DNA of 58,172 nucleotides from a virus (Duplodnaviria; Caudoviricetes): IMG/VR virus record IMGVR_UViG_3300028610_000686, positions 1 to 58,172 of that record; one strand, 5' to 3'. Shown piece by piece: positions 1 to 9,968 of this stretch (position 1 is its first letter; each line of letters starts with the position of its first letter). The notes under the pieces were generated by a model. It saw only the letters and a program-made list of their open reading frames with translations, ran no database searches and was not told where the DNA came from. The position numbers and the translations under genes were made by a program.

Positions 1-2
1 GA

Positions 3-722
3 GAGCAGGACGGTTATAAATTAGCATTTGATAAATACACTTATGCAGCTCTTGCAATGCAATTGCATCAAGATGAAAAGCAAATGCATGATTTTGTATC
101 TGACTGCATAAACGAGTATAAACTTTTTAAGTGTAATGATAATTTTATTTATTCCAATTCTTTGTTAAGAAGGATGCAAAAAAAAGATAAAATATCAGAA
201 AAAAGAAGCAATGCAGCAAGTGTAAGATGGAACAAAAACAAAGACTTAGATGCAAATGCATTACAAAAGCAATCCATTTCCAATGCAATAAAAGTAAAAG
301 AAAAGAAAGTAAAGGAAATAGAAAGTAAAAAGAAAATATATTCCGAAGACTCTAACGAGTTTCGTGTGTCACTTTTTCTTTTCAATAATATTCTAAACAA
401 TAACCCTGATTTCAAAAAACCAAATCTTCAAAATTGGGCAACGGACACCGATTTACTTTTAAGAGTTGATAAAAGAAATCTTGAAGAAGTAAAAAAACTA
501 ATCGTATGGGTTCAAAAAGATGACTTTGAAAAGTCAAAAGTTTTATCCATTTCAAAACTCAGAAAAAGATACGATCAATTGAAAATGGAAATGGATCAAT
601 CAAAAGTTAAAAAATCAAACATTAATCAATATAGAAAAGAGAAGACACTGACCGAATTAGCAGCGGAAATGAAAGGTAAAAGTTTTGACATTGAATTAAC
701 AGATTATCAGGAAGTAAAATGA
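3..722 (+). CDS. Phage replication initiator protein (DUF4373/Lin1244-like N-terminus), 5'-truncated by the window edge
   Basis: Frame is open from position 3 (EQDGYKLAFDKYTYAALAMQ...). Contains SNSLLRRM..ISEKRSNAASVRW, a K/E-rich linker and a C-terminal WVQKDDF..LSISKLRKRYDQL segment typical of phage initiators. Confidence 0.7.
   Translation, partial: EQDGYKLAFDKYTYAALAMQLHQDEKQMHDFVSDCINEYKLFKCNDNFIYSNSLLRRMQKKDKISEKRSNAASVRWNKNKDLDANALQKQSISNAIKVKEKKVKEIESKKKIYSEDSNEFRVSLFLFNNILNNNPDFKKPNLQNWATDTDLLLRVDKRNLEEVKKLIVWVQKDDFEKSKVLSISKLRKRYDQLKMEMDQSKVKKSNINQYRKEKTLTELAAEMKGKSFDIELTDYQEVK
52..290. repeat. Dispersed GCAA(A)TGCA repeats inside the initiator gene, possible origin iterons
   Basis: About five copies of (G)CAA(A)TGCA near 54, 79, 208, 252 and 281, followed by an A-rich tract. 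Confidence 0.35.
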
Positions 723-1303
723 AAGAGGAAACTGTTTTAATGATACTTGAATCGTTAATGGCTGAAACTTCAAGGCGATTTACTGACAATGAGAGAACCT
801 TAAAAATAAGAAACTGGACAATTAAGCTAAAAGACATCACTGAAGAGCAAGGTATGAAGGGGTTAGAAAAAGCATTGGATTTACCATTAGATTTCATGCC
901 GTCAATTGGAACATTTAAAGAATATTGCTTAACCGACACCGGGCAATCATCGATAGAAGAACAAGGGATTGAGGCGTGGTATTTGGCTTACAATAATCTC
1001 AACCATACAGTTTCCCCAATATTTAAAAATTCAGCAATTGCAGAAACGATACGGAAAATGGGTGGGTGGGTTAAATTCTCAACTATGCTGACAAAAGATG
1101 AGCCATTTATCAAAATAGAATTCATCGAGTTATATACAGTCCTGAAGAGAAGAAGTCAAGAATACTACCCGTGTTTGTCTGGAACATATAAAACTAATAA
1201 ATTCATTGGGTATAAAAAAGAAGACGATCTCGCTCAAGTTTTGATAGAAATTGAGAAACATAAAAAAACTCAATCCACAATGTTGGAGATGTTGAATAAA
1301 TGA
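719..1303 (+). CDS. Replisome accessory/helicase-loader-like protein (DUF6475-like)
   Basis: Overlaps the initiator stop (ATGA). Motifs FMPSIGTF and AETIRKMGGWVKF..DEPFIKIEFIELY. Confidence 0.55.
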   Translation: MKEETVLMILESLMAETSRRFTDNERTLKIRNWTIKLKDITEEQGMKGLEKALDLPLDFMPSIGTFKEYCLTDTGQSSIEEQGIEAWYLAYNNLNHTVSPIFKNSAIAETIRKMGGWVKFSTMLTKDEPFIKIEFIELYTVLKRRSQEYYPCLSGTYKTNKFIGYKKEDDLAQVLIEIEKHKKTQSTMLEMLNK

Positions 1304-1482
1304 TATTATACGATTACTTCGAAAACGATACTCTTGATCATGTCCAAACAATTGGACATGTAAATCACGAAGAATTCAAAAGAGCTTGTTTTAAAGCTCA
1401 TCGATCAGTTCCGGCCAGAATTCAACATGAATTGGATAAGAATAAAAAACAGATCACAGTAGGATATTATAAACTCTATTAA
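1300..1482 (+). CDS. Hypothetical protein
   Basis: ATGA-coupled ORF in the operon. Confidence 0.5.
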   Translation: MILYDYFENDTLDHVQTIGHVNHEEFKRACFKAHRSVPARIQHELDKNKKQITVGYYKLY

Positions 1483-1491
1483 TAGGTTAAA

Positions 1492-1701
1492 ATGGCTGGA
1501 AGAGATTATATAATATGTAAAAAGTGTAGCGCAAAAATAATATATGATGGTGACAACAACGGTAGGGATAGACTAGAGACAATGTGGGGAGATCCTGGTT
1601 CAGACATGTGGACAGTTGGTTTATTATGTCCTGATTGTATAAAAATATTAGAAAATCCTTGTCCAATTTGTAAATATGATCCTTATAAAAAGGATAAATA
1701 A
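1492..1701 (+). CDS. Small Cys-rich, Zn-finger-like hypothetical protein
   Basis: Three CxxC motifs (CKKC, CPDC, CPIC); AGG RBS. Confidence 0.55.
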   Translation: MAGRDYIICKKCSAKIIYDGDNNGRDRLETMWGDPGSDMWTVGLLCPDCIKILENPCPICKYDPYKKDK

Positions 1702-1741
1702 ATGAAACCGAATCGAATTTATAAACTCTATTAAAGGAAAA

Positions 1742-2074
1742 ATGAAATACATAGCAAGCCAATACGTAAAATCAGAAACTCCAAACTGTTCGATCATAAA
1801 ACCAAAATGGTTACCGAATTGGTTGTTTAAAAAATTGAAATTAAAACCGGAATGGGTAAGAGAATCATTTACATTCGAAGTTGCTTCAGATGACGAAAAA
1901 GAAGCTATCAAAATAAGCGAAAAAATATTAAGATCATGGGAAAAAATAACAGAATGTAGCATGCGACCGCAAATATGGGGACGGCAAGTTGAGCGATATA
2001 TTTTCGTAACACCATACATGAAAGCAAATAATATTGAACCATCCGGGGAAAATATTTTACTCTATAGTGAATGA
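1742..2074 (+). CDS. Hypothetical protein
   Basis: AAGGA RBS; co-oriented ORF. Confidence 0.55.
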   Translation: MKYIASQYVKSETPNCSIIKPKWLPNWLFKKLKLKPEWVRESFTFEVASDDEKEAIKISEKILRSWEKITECSMRPQIWGRQVERYIFVTPYMKANNIEPSGENILLYSE

Positions 2075-2295
2075 AAAAATAAAACTCTATTAAAAAAGAA
2101 AAATGGCCAGAAATCATTGGTGTGGTTTTAATGAAATTCCAAAATGTTGTCGTGGGTGCGGAGAATTAGATTCTCACTCAGTGGATGAATATTCACCGAA
2201 TGGATATTATTGCTGTAAAAATCTATTTCTTCCAACCAAAAAACAAACCTGCAAAAGGAAGCAAAAATCTTAAAAACTCTATTAAGAAAGGAATT

Positions 2296-2841
2296 ATGAG
2301 TGAGAATAAAAAATGGAATTGTAAAGAATGTGATAGTTGTTGTCAAATCATTACTTGTTGGTATCCGAACGAGTTTCTTAACGGGTGTAAATATGGTGCT
2401 AAATGGGTTCCAGAAAAACCCGTCGAGAAAGTCTCTTCACCAAAAAAATACAAATTGGTGATTCCTGGTCAGATATCAACTAAGGACACCAAATTAATGC
2501 AAAAAGCATTAACGTTGATGAATATTAAAGAAGTCAAAGAAGGTCAGCATTTTACGAATTATGGACTTTGTTTTTCGGAATGCAATATTCCCAGGAATTG
2601 GCTAGTCGAAATCAAAGACGAACCGATGACAGTTGAAGAAATCATAGATAAAATAGAATGCGAATCACAATGTGAGAAAGGGTGGCATGATTCCGATGTG
2701 CAAAAATCTGTTATTATTAGTGCCAAAAACGAAGCCCTGAAATACAAACCGTTGGTTGATGCTGTTGCTAAATATATCAATAATGATGATATTCAATTCC
2801 ATGAGAGTGGAATACAGGAAGAACTTGAAAAACTAAACTAA
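2296..2841 (+). CDS. Hypothetical protein with Cys-rich N-terminus
   Basis: In-frame ATG after AAGGA, within ORF 2185..2841. Confidence 0.55.
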   Translation: MSENKKWNCKECDSCCQIITCWYPNEFLNGCKYGAKWVPEKPVEKVSSPKKYKLVIPGQISTKDTKLMQKALTLMNIKEVKEGQHFTNYGLCFSECNIPRNWLVEIKDEPMTVEEIIDKIECESQCEKGWHDSDVQKSVIISAKNEALKYKPLVDAVAKYINNDDIQFHESGIQEELEKLN

Positions 2842-2850
2842 AGGAATAAA

Positions 2851-3189
2851 ATGCTAAGTTCAAAAGAAATTAAAAGGAAGGAACGAAACAAGAAAAAAGG
2901 CGTTGTCCTTTACTTTCCAGCAATCACAGAGAAAAAACCAAACAGAAAAAAGGATAAAACTCTTAGACGTGTTGCGATAGACAACACAACGACTCACAGA
3001 ATATCGCCAACGATCCGGCCAGATCTTTGGAAATATTTTTACACGAGAATTATCAAGAGCAAAACAAGGCGACTTGATGGATCATGGGCAAAACAATACA
3101 AGTACATTCCGAAAAAGAAATTTAAACAAATAATCAAAAACTCTGAATATTTAATCAAAAATGGCCATTACAAGAAACGTAAAGCATAA
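2851..3189 (+). CDS. Basic hypothetical protein
   Basis: AAGGA RBS; K/R-rich. Confidence 0.5.
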   Translation: MLSSKEIKRKERNKKKGVVLYFPAITEKKPNRKKDKTLRRVAIDNTTTHRISPTIRPDLWKYFYTRIIKSKTRRLDGSWAKQYKYIPKKKFKQIIKNSEYLIKNGHYKKRKA

Positions 3190-3554
3190 AGTAAACAGCC
3201 GGGGTATTCCTATTTTACATTCAATTTTCCCCGGTGATTTTTTAAGCCGTTTCCCCGGTTATAATTCGTTCATTTACCTCAGATACCAATTACCAATTAC
3301 GATGATCAATCAGTTTAAAAAACATAATGGAGTAAAAACCACAAACATCTATCGAAAGTGTTTTATGAGGTTAAAAACGTTTAATAACTTGAGGTTTTAA
3401 TATGAAATTTCTAAACATAAAAAAAGATTTAACCGGCGGACAATATCTGATCATCATTTTTATAATTAGTGTTATATTTGGATTCGGCCATCATTTAGGG
3501 TGGTCGTTTTGTGAAAGTTTTTTATTCATGCTGGGTCTTCCGGTAGGTTAAAAT

Positions 3555-3791
3555 ATGAAATGGATAAACGTAAACGATAAACTTCCAGACAGAAACACGA
3601 GATACGCCAGTAAGTACGGTGTCTCGGTATTGGGATTCGATATAAGTGATCACAGGCCCGAGCCATTCGAAGTAATTTTTAATTATGGTAAAAAATGGTT
3701 TGAAGAATTATGCCACGGGCCGGCAGGCGAGGAATGCTGGTTAAGTGCGAGTGTTAGCCATTGGATGGAATTGCCTAAAGGGGTAAAATGA
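3555..3791 (+). CDS. DUF551-like phage protein
   Basis: MKWINVNDKLP...VSHWMELP signature. Confidence 0.8.
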   Translation: MKWINVNDKLPDRNTRYASKYGVSVLGFDISDHRPEPFEVIFNYGKKWFEELCHGPAGEECWLSASVSHWMELPKGVK

Positions 3792-3970
3792 ATGATCCAG
3801 TATGGCTTACTCTTAAAAACATGATATCCGGATCAATTCTACAAACATACGTTCAAGACATTGGCGATTACTGGTTGTCAGTTTTTAATAATCCGGAAAC
3901 CAAAACACTTGACACTTTTTCTAAGAACGAATGGGAAATCAAAATATTAATGAATGGGGTTAGAATATGA
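3788..3970 (+). CDS. Hypothetical protein
   Basis: Translationally coupled ORF. Confidence 0.5.
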   Translation: MNDPVWLTLKNMISGSILQTYVQDIGDYWLSVFNNPETKTLDTFSKNEWEIKILMNGVRI

Positions 3971-4149
3971 GTGATGATAAGATTGACATGTATACAGCAA
4001 TTGCTAATATTGTTAATGACATGGAAAACCATTTAAGATTAGTATTTATACGCGCAAAACTTTGCAGGGCATACTATTTAGGACTTGAGAAAGAAGGTTT
4101 TTCTGAATCTCAGGCGCTTGAACTCTGCAAAGAATTTAAAATGGGATAA
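3967..4149 (+). CDS. Hypothetical protein
   Basis: Coupled ORF ending in GFSESQALELCK, a common small phage protein motif. Confidence 0.55.
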   Translation: MSDDKIDMYTAIANIVNDMENHLRLVFIRAKLCRAYYLGLEKEGFSESQALELCKEFKMG

Positions 4150-4156
4150 AATAAAA

Positions 4157-4516
4157 ATGACAAAATGCGAATGCGAGCCATTTCAAAAATGTCTTTGTGA
4201 AAAATCAGAAACAGAAATTGAAAAAGATATCATAGAATATCTTGAATCAATCACTCACTGTATGGCCTACAAAACATCCACGAAAGGTAGGAAAATAGGA
4301 AAACAGAGAGTAAAGGCGACAAAGAAAGAAAAGCCTGGGAAATCTGATATTGTTTGTTGTTACGATGGACTATACATCGCAATTGAAGTAAAATCAAAAG
4401 ATGGGACACAGCAAAAAAACCAAGAAGATTTTGAGAAAGAAGTGACTGCGGCCGGCGGTGAATATTGGTTAGTTAGATCACTTGAAGAAGTAATTATAAA
4501 ATTAGAGGGCAAATGA
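4157..4516 (+). CDS. VRR-NUC/PD-(D/E)xK nuclease (Holliday-junction resolvase-like)
   Basis: SETEIEKDIIEYL, PGKSDI, AIEVKSKDG..Q, GGEYWLVRSLEEV motifs. Confidence 0.85.
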   Translation: MTKCECEPFQKCLCEKSETEIEKDIIEYLESITHCMAYKTSTKGRKIGKQRVKATKKEKPGKSDIVCCYDGLYIAIEVKSKDGTQQKNQEDFEKEVTAAGGEYWLVRSLEEVIIKLEGK

Positions 4517-4725
4517 AACTGAATCCAAAGCAAATAATTAAAATAGACAAAATAGAAACAGAAGCTTGGAAATATTTAGGGAACATGATCGATCAATTAC
4601 ACAAAGTTGGATTTATTGTAGGGGGAGATTATAAAAAAATAGAACGTAAATTTAATGGATGGTTGCAGTCGTATGGCATGAAACGACAACCGCTTGACAA
4701 GCTTGGTAAAACTGGTAAAAAATAA
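4513..4725 (+). CDS. Hypothetical protein
   Basis: Coupled ORF with GAGGG RBS. Confidence 0.5.
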   Translation: MKLNPKQIIKIDKIETEAWKYLGNMIDQLHKVGFIVGGDYKKIERKFNGWLQSYGMKRQPLDKLGKTGKK

Positions 4726-4812
4726 ATAGAGATACGATGTCGATAGAAGATGCTTAGAAAGCAATGGATATTTTGAGGCAATTGAGAATTTTATTAATGT
4801 TCCGCAAGGAGG

Positions 4813-5055
4813 TTGAAAATGGTATTCGGATTAATTGGCAATGTAATTGGAAAAGTTGTTGATGAGGTTGACGAATTTGCGAGCAATCCGGTTGGATATG
4901 TAGTCGACGCCGCAGCAAAACCAATACGTGACGGACTTGAAGTTCTTCAAGGATTAACAGAGGGCGAGTTAAGGGTTAAAGCAATAGCACGTTTCGGCGC
5001 TGACGCCGTAGTCGGCATGGGGTCCGCCGAATTAATTGATTTATTAATGAGTTGA
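4813..5055 (+). CDS. Hypothetical protein
   Basis: Strong AGGAGG RBS. Confidence 0.6.
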   Translation: MKMVFGLIGNVIGKVVDEVDEFASNPVGYVVDAAAKPIRDGLEVLQGLTEGELRVKAIARFGADAVVGMGSAELIDLLMS

Positions 5056-5594
5056 TAAAATGCCTGATCAATATACATCAATTGATAATTCAGCTAGTGT
5101 AAATCTCAATGATAATGATTATGCGAATTATCTGAAATACAAAAAGCAACTAATTGATGATGGCGAAACATTCGAAGAAATTGAAAAAATATTAACCGGT
5201 TATATTTGGGATGAAATAGAAAATTATGATTAAAAAAGAAAATGATTATATTACGTATCCAGGAATCAGGGTAAGTGAATATACTATTAAATGCGCGGCC
5301 ATCCCTAAATGGATTATAAAAATTTTAGAGACCACGTTCAACAAAAGAATTAACGGAAAAGGGAAAAGATGATTAAAAAAATAATTATTGAAATCGACGG
5401 GAATGAAATCGAATTATCAAAAGAGCAAGCGATAAAATTAAGGAATGATTTGAACGAAATAACGAATCATTCAACGATCCAGTTTGTTCCTTATGAACCC
5501 TATGTGCAACCAAACTATCCATTGTATCCTCAGTTTTAGACGACAGACATTACAGATGGCGGTAATTAATAATCGAGATTTCATAAGGGGATAA

Positions 5595-5810
5595 ATGGAA
5601 CATGAAGAAAAAGAAGCGATTCACGAGACATTAGATAAAATTCTAAAACACATGGCTAATTGTGAATTCAAAATGATGTACACTCAGATTGAATATCTTG
5701 TGCAACTTGTGGAAAATGATTCGCAAACTGAATGCGAAACAAGGCAGGTTATTGCAGAATATTTTGAAACAATTAATACTATCCGCTCCAATCTAGAAAA
5801 AACTAAATAA
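5595..5810 (+). CDS. Hypothetical protein
   Basis: AGGGG RBS. Confidence 0.55.
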   Translation: MEHEEKEAIHETLDKILKHMANCEFKMMYTQIEYLVQLVENDSQTECETRQVIAEYFETINTIRSNLEKTK

Positions 5811-5864
5811 AAACAATCTAATAAAACTTTCTATGAATTATTTTGCTTATTTGAGATAAAAAAC

Positions 5865-5893
5865 TTGACACATTTGATCAACAAGAATAGAAT
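5865..5893 (+). promoter_or_regulatory. Sigma70-type promoter with TTGATCAA palindrome in the spacer
   Basis: TTGACA-17 nt-TAGAAT; TTGATCAA at 5874-5881. Confidence 0.7.
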
Positions 5894-5954
5894 CATAATT
5901 AAGAGATCAGCAATAAAGCTTAGGTCTCGAAACACGGAACTCTCGGAGAAAGTG

Positions 5955-6206
5955 ATGAAAAATTTAAATGAAATTAAAGCAAGCGACTGGGAAAGAACTG
6001 GAAAGCATCAAGTATTTGATAACTCAGAAGGAACATTTTGCTCATTTTACAACGAGTCTGAAGAGAAAAATCTCCACGTTTGGCATCAATTAGATGGGAG
6101 AGTAAGGTTATTAGACGAAAATATGTGTTTCGAGTATGGTGATAAGGATTCAGATGAAAACGATCAAGAAATTGATAATATTCATGAACTGTTATCGGTT
6201 CTTTAA
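5955..6206 (+). CDS. Hypothetical protein
   Basis: GGAG RBS. The TTG start at 5865 in the ORF track is the promoter -35 box. Confidence 0.6.
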   Translation: MKNLNEIKASDWERTGKHQVFDNSEGTFCSFYNESEEKNLHVWHQLDGRVRLLDENMCFEYGDKDSDENDQEIDNIHELLSVL

Positions 6207-6244
6207 AAAACCAGGCGCTCTAAGCGCCACACCAGGAGAAAAAA

Positions 6245-6532
6245 ATGACTGAAAAATTTGTAAAAGGCAAAACAAAGTTTGTATGGGGACCGGTAGTCAA
6301 AGTTCATGAAGTCGGAGAATATCAGATAATTGAATACAGAGAGGCGATATTCGAGGATGGTTGCAGTACCGGAAAACACGAACCCGAAAAGACAACTTTC
6401 TATGTCCACGGACAAAGTGTTTCTTATGAATCGCTGGACATGGCGTTAATTGGCGCTGTTTGCCTTAAGTATGATGGGCGCAATACAAGAGCGCCTGAAT
6501 ATATCTTTAACATGTTGAAGATTAATCAATAA
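6245..6532 (+). CDS. Hypothetical protein
   Basis: AGGAG RBS. Confidence 0.6.
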   Translation: MTEKFVKGKTKFVWGPVVKVHEVGEYQIIEYREAIFEDGCSTGKHEPEKTTFYVHGQSVSYESLDMALIGAVCLKYDGRNTRAPEYIFNMLKINQ

Positions 6533-6675
6533 AACGGCTAGCTGGTAAGCGCCTGAATTTTGAATTTGAGATAGTGAAAACTAATTTATCATTTCAGAAT
6601 TGACACCCATCGAGCTTGTATTAGAAACGAAATGCCGCGCCGTTAAAAAAATAATAACATCAAACGGATGACATA

Positions 6676-7137
6676 ATGGAAATAACAGACGAAATATTGA
6701 TCGTTGCCGTTAGAAAAGCAGTAGAGATTGGACTATTGCCAAGTCGCAATGTCCCGACAGAAGAATATCTAAAGAATTGGGATCTGATAAAACAAATTTT
6801 ACAAGCTGCTTTTGATAAAGCACAACAACATCAATCACTAAAGGAAAAAATGACTGAAGATGAATACTATAAAAAGAAATTAGAAATAGAAGATTTGAAA
6901 AAGGAATTAGCTCGCGAATATGCAGAATCAAACAACCCTTATGAAATAGGTGATGTTATTCGTGATCATATAGGGTGTATTAGAATCGAAATAATAAACA
7001 CATATACCACGATGTATGATTTGCCGAGTTGCAGTTATAGCGGTCTATGCCTAAAGAAAAACGGGGAACCTTATAAATCTGGTGAAATAAGAGAATCATA
7101 CCAACAAAATGTGATTGAAAAAATCAATCCTAAGTGA
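6676..7137 (+). CDS. Hypothetical protein
   Basis: 153-aa co-oriented ORF. Confidence 0.55.
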   Translation: MEITDEILIVAVRKAVEIGLLPSRNVPTEEYLKNWDLIKQILQAAFDKAQQHQSLKEKMTEDEYYKKKLEIEDLKKELAREYAESNNPYEIGDVIRDHIGCIRIEIINTYTTMYDLPSCSYSGLCLKKNGEPYKSGEIRESYQQNVIEKINPK

Positions 7138-7157
7138 GTTAATTATAGATTAAAATA

Positions 7158-7186
7158 TTGCTATTTTTGATCACATATGATAGATT
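7158..7186 (+). promoter_or_regulatory. Promoter with TTGATCAC in the spacer
   Basis: TTGCTA-17 nt-TAGATT; operator at the same offset as at 5865 and 47423. Confidence 0.5.
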
Positions 7187-7212
7187 TAAATATAAAAAAG
7201 GGAAAGGATAAA

Positions 7213-7524
7213 ATGCTAAAAACAAAATGCCAACATTGTAAAGAAATAATAGAATGTTTAGAGGATGAGTGTTGCCCTATATGCGGTCTAAGAATAAATA
7301 TTGAAGACGTCCCAAAAGAGCGATGTCCCGAATGTAAAAGGGAATTAACATGGATTGACGAATATTATTGCATAGAAGGCAGACAGTCAACATTTGACAC
7401 ATTCGAAGCGCATAACCTTCTTATTATTAGGCACTATTGTACATGTGGCCGTCAAGTAGCGGTACAAATGGATACTAACTATGGCTCTGAGGTTTTTATT
7501 AATTCAGAAAATATTGATTATTAA
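7213..7524 (+). CDS. Zn-ribbon hypothetical protein
   Basis: CQHC, CPIC, CPEC and CTC motifs; AAGGA RBS. Confidence 0.6.
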   Translation: MLKTKCQHCKEIIECLEDECCPICGLRINIEDVPKERCPECKRELTWIDEYYCIEGRQSTFDTFEAHNLLIIRHYCTCGRQVAVQMDTNYGSEVFINSENIDY

Positions 7525-7565
7525 TCACTTGTTATTTCGTTTTAAAATATAAAAGGGAGAAAATT

Positions 7566-7787
7566 ATGGAAGGTTTAGAAGATTATGAAATCGGGGGAAT
7601 TGCTGTATTTAGATATATTGAACCAAGATTTCAAAAAGTTTCTGATGAAAATATTATCAGATTATACAGCAAATGGAGTAATGAAAATTACGCTGCTTCA
7701 TGGGCATCTGTTGATAATAAAATGACTGAAGAGTTCTGTAAATGGGCATATTCAGCACCTGTAGATCAAATAAAAGAAAAGGATTAA
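7566..7787 (+). CDS. Hypothetical protein
   Basis: GGGAG RBS. Confidence 0.55.
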   Translation: MEGLEDYEIGGIAVFRYIEPRFQKVSDENIIRLYSKWSNENYAASWASVDNKMTEEFCKWAYSAPVDQIKEKD

Positions 7788-7789
7788 TT

Positions 7790-7999
7790 ATGGATGGTGA
7801 CGAGTTAAGAAAATTCAGAAAAAAACACTTCCCTGGAAAGATGTCCCAAGAAATGATGGCGCTTAAATTCGGCGTTAAATATCACACGCTCAGAAGATAC
7901 GAGGGTGTTAATTGTAATCCGATTCCGGAAGGATTGCAGCGATCGATTGAATTCTTTGAGGAAGTTCAGAGGTTGGAAATTCTTGTTAAGGGGAAATGA
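7790..7999 (+). CDS. Cro/XRE-type HTH protein
   Basis: ELRKFRKK..MSQEMMALKFGVKYHTLRRYE. Confidence 0.75.
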   Translation: MDGDELRKFRKKHFPGKMSQEMMALKFGVKYHTLRRYEGVNCNPIPEGLQRSIEFFEEVQRLEILVKGK

Positions 8000-8000
8000 A

Positions 8001-8276
8001 ATGATCAAATGTAAAATCAATTGGCAGGAAAAGGATTTAACAAAATACAGTAATTATCTTTATTTCGAATTTTTACCGGACAAAGGTGATTTTCTTGACG
8101 TTCCCATCGGTAAAGATTTCATCCAAGGCAATTATCAATTTAAAACATTGAAATTTAATAAAAATGACTATTGTGAAAATATTTTATGGGTAGAAATATT
8201 TGATCAAAGCGCCGATCTTTCGTTGTCATACACAGAAGAATACCAAGAATATATCGACGCCAATCAGGACAAATAA
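8001..8276 (+). CDS. Hypothetical protein
   Basis: GGGG RBS; in-frame ATG of ORF 7905..8276. Confidence 0.5.
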   Translation: MIKCKINWQEKDLTKYSNYLYFEFLPDKGDFLDVPIGKDFIQGNYQFKTLKFNKNDYCENILWVEIFDQSADLSLSYTEEYQEYIDANQDK

Positions 8277-8309
8277 TGCAAATCATCATATCTAAAGCGA
8301 AAACAAAAA

Positions 8310-8471
8310 ATGAAAACAATGGCAGAGTACAAAAGAGATGAGCGGGAACGAAAAAGAAAATCTGGTAAAAAACGGGTAGGGTTTTGGATCGATCCGGTTA
8401 ATGAAGCCAGGATAAAAAGCTACGTTTATCAACTTGAGGAAGATGTCAGAATAATAAAAAGTAACCATTGA
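8310..8471 (+). CDS. Small putative DNA-binding protein (RHH/antitoxin-like), below the ORF-track cutoff
   Basis: Manual translation: MKTMAEYKRDERERKRKSGKKRVGFWIDPVNEARIKSYVYQLEEDVRIIKSNH. Confidence 0.45.
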   Translation: MKTMAEYKRDERERKRKSGKKRVGFWIDPVNEARIKSYVYQLEEDVRIIKSNH

Positions 8472-8496
8472 TATTGACCGGTCAATATTATAAAGT
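8468..8496 (+). promoter_or_regulatory. Promoter overlapped by a perfect 18-bp palindrome, upstream of the modification cluster
   Basis: TTGATA-17 nt-TAAAGT; ATATTGACCGGTCAATAT at 8471-8488. Confidence 0.6.
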
Positions 8497-8638
8497 TAAG
8501 ACAGATTAAACAATTAACAAGGGGATAAAATGGAACTAACAGTTGCCCAATACAAAACATTAAAATCGTTAGAACGTGCTTTGGACGAATGCACCAAAGC
8601 AAATCTTGAAATAAAAATAATTAATGGTGAAATAAAAT

Positions 8639-9235
8639 ATGAAGAAGCAGAAAAAAAATTACCATTCAGCACTTACGCAACCGCTGAAAATTGAAAAAGA
8701 ATTATCATATTATGGCAACAATGGAAATTTTGTAATCAAGAGAGATATCTGCAAAGGATTACCGGAAGAATTCAGGCTTTGCGATGTAATTTATTCGGAG
8801 CCATCTTGGCTGATGGGTTATGAAAAATTTCTAAGTAGGGCTAGCACGGAAGGAAGTGATTATAAAAAATATATTGAATCAATTTCAGGCATTATAAAGA
8901 AAACAAATAAACCGATTTGGATAGTAACAGGCCGACATGCTTTGAAACATTTCCCTATCCCCCATCATTCTCAAGAAATAAAACTATTCCACCATGATGC
9001 CTTCTTGCTAGGGTGGAATGATAGATCATTAGATTGGACAGATTTTGGTTCAATCAAAACAACTGATAACCTATTGGAAATTTTATCTGATACTTATGAC
9101 AGGGTTGGTGATTTTTGTTGCGGGTACGGGAACACGGCCAGAGCGTTTTTAAATAAAGGGAAAGAATTTGTGATGTCAGATATCAACGGAAAATGTGTTT
9201 ATTATATAGCAAAGGAGTTGATGGGATATGCATGA
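8639..9235 (+). CDS. SAM-dependent methyltransferase-like protein (amino-MTase beta-order motifs, atypical catalytic motif)
   Basis: DVIYSEPSW (DPPW-like) precedes VGDFCCGYGNT (motif I-like). Confidence 0.6.
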   Translation: MKKQKKNYHSALTQPLKIEKELSYYGNNGNFVIKRDICKGLPEEFRLCDVIYSEPSWLMGYEKFLSRASTEGSDYKKYIESISGIIKKTNKPIWIVTGRHALKHFPIPHHSQEIKLFHHDAFLLGWNDRSLDWTDFGSIKTTDNLLEILSDTYDRVGDFCCGYGNTARAFLNKGKEFVMSDINGKCVYYIAKELMGYA

Positions 9236-9968
9236 TATCCAGTTTATAAAAGACACTTCGCAAGCAGAAATAGATAAACTTGATGGGGATGTTTTGGTTT
9301 TGTACCGTGAAGGATACAAATTACCAAAAATAGAAAGTGCTGAATACATGGAATTTGAAACATTCAGAAGTAAATACATTGATATTCATGCAAAAGTAAT
9401 TGTTTTAATTGGATTGATAAGAATGATTACACCGTCAAATAGATGTGACACTGTACACGAATACCTAACAACATTAACTCCTAATATCAGAAAAATAAGT
9501 ATTGATATTGAACCTTTTCTTGGAGAGCCTTGGCGGTTAATGTGGCATTATCTCTATACAAAAAATAATCATTTTAATGTCCCTCATAGCTATGCCTTAG
9601 AAACAGAATGGCAAAAATGGTTTTACCGGGATATTAATGATTCCAGAATATCCGGTAATAATATTAAAATGTTTATACAGAATACTTATTCTGACTTGGA
9701 CCAATTTAATTCAGAATTTGGTTTTTATGATTGTGCTTCAGAAGAATGGTATTCCGAGGCAAAAGACCATGTTTTCGCAAAATACAATACCCCGAAGCAA
9801 TTAATTAACAATCTTCTTAAAGAGTGCAATAAAAAGTTTGATATAAAATTCAGCTTTGAATCATACAGGGAAAGTAAAAAGTTTGAATTACCAGATCTAA
9901 AAGTATACCGATTTGTTACTGAGGAAGCTAAAAGAAGAATGTCAATTTATAACTCTGTGATATCATGA
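9228..9968 (+). CDS. Hypothetical protein in the modification cluster
   Basis: 246 aa; overlaps both neighbours. Confidence 0.65.
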   Translation: MHDIQFIKDTSQAEIDKLDGDVLVLYREGYKLPKIESAEYMEFETFRSKYIDIHAKVIVLIGLIRMITPSNRCDTVHEYLTTLTPNIRKISIDIEPFLGEPWRLMWHYLYTKNNHFNVPHSYALETEWQKWFYRDINDSRISGNNIKMFIQNTYSDLDQFNSEFGFYDCASEEWYSEAKDHVFAKYNTPKQLINNLLKECNKKFDIKFSFESYRESKKFELPDLKVYRFVTEEAKRRMSIYNSVIS

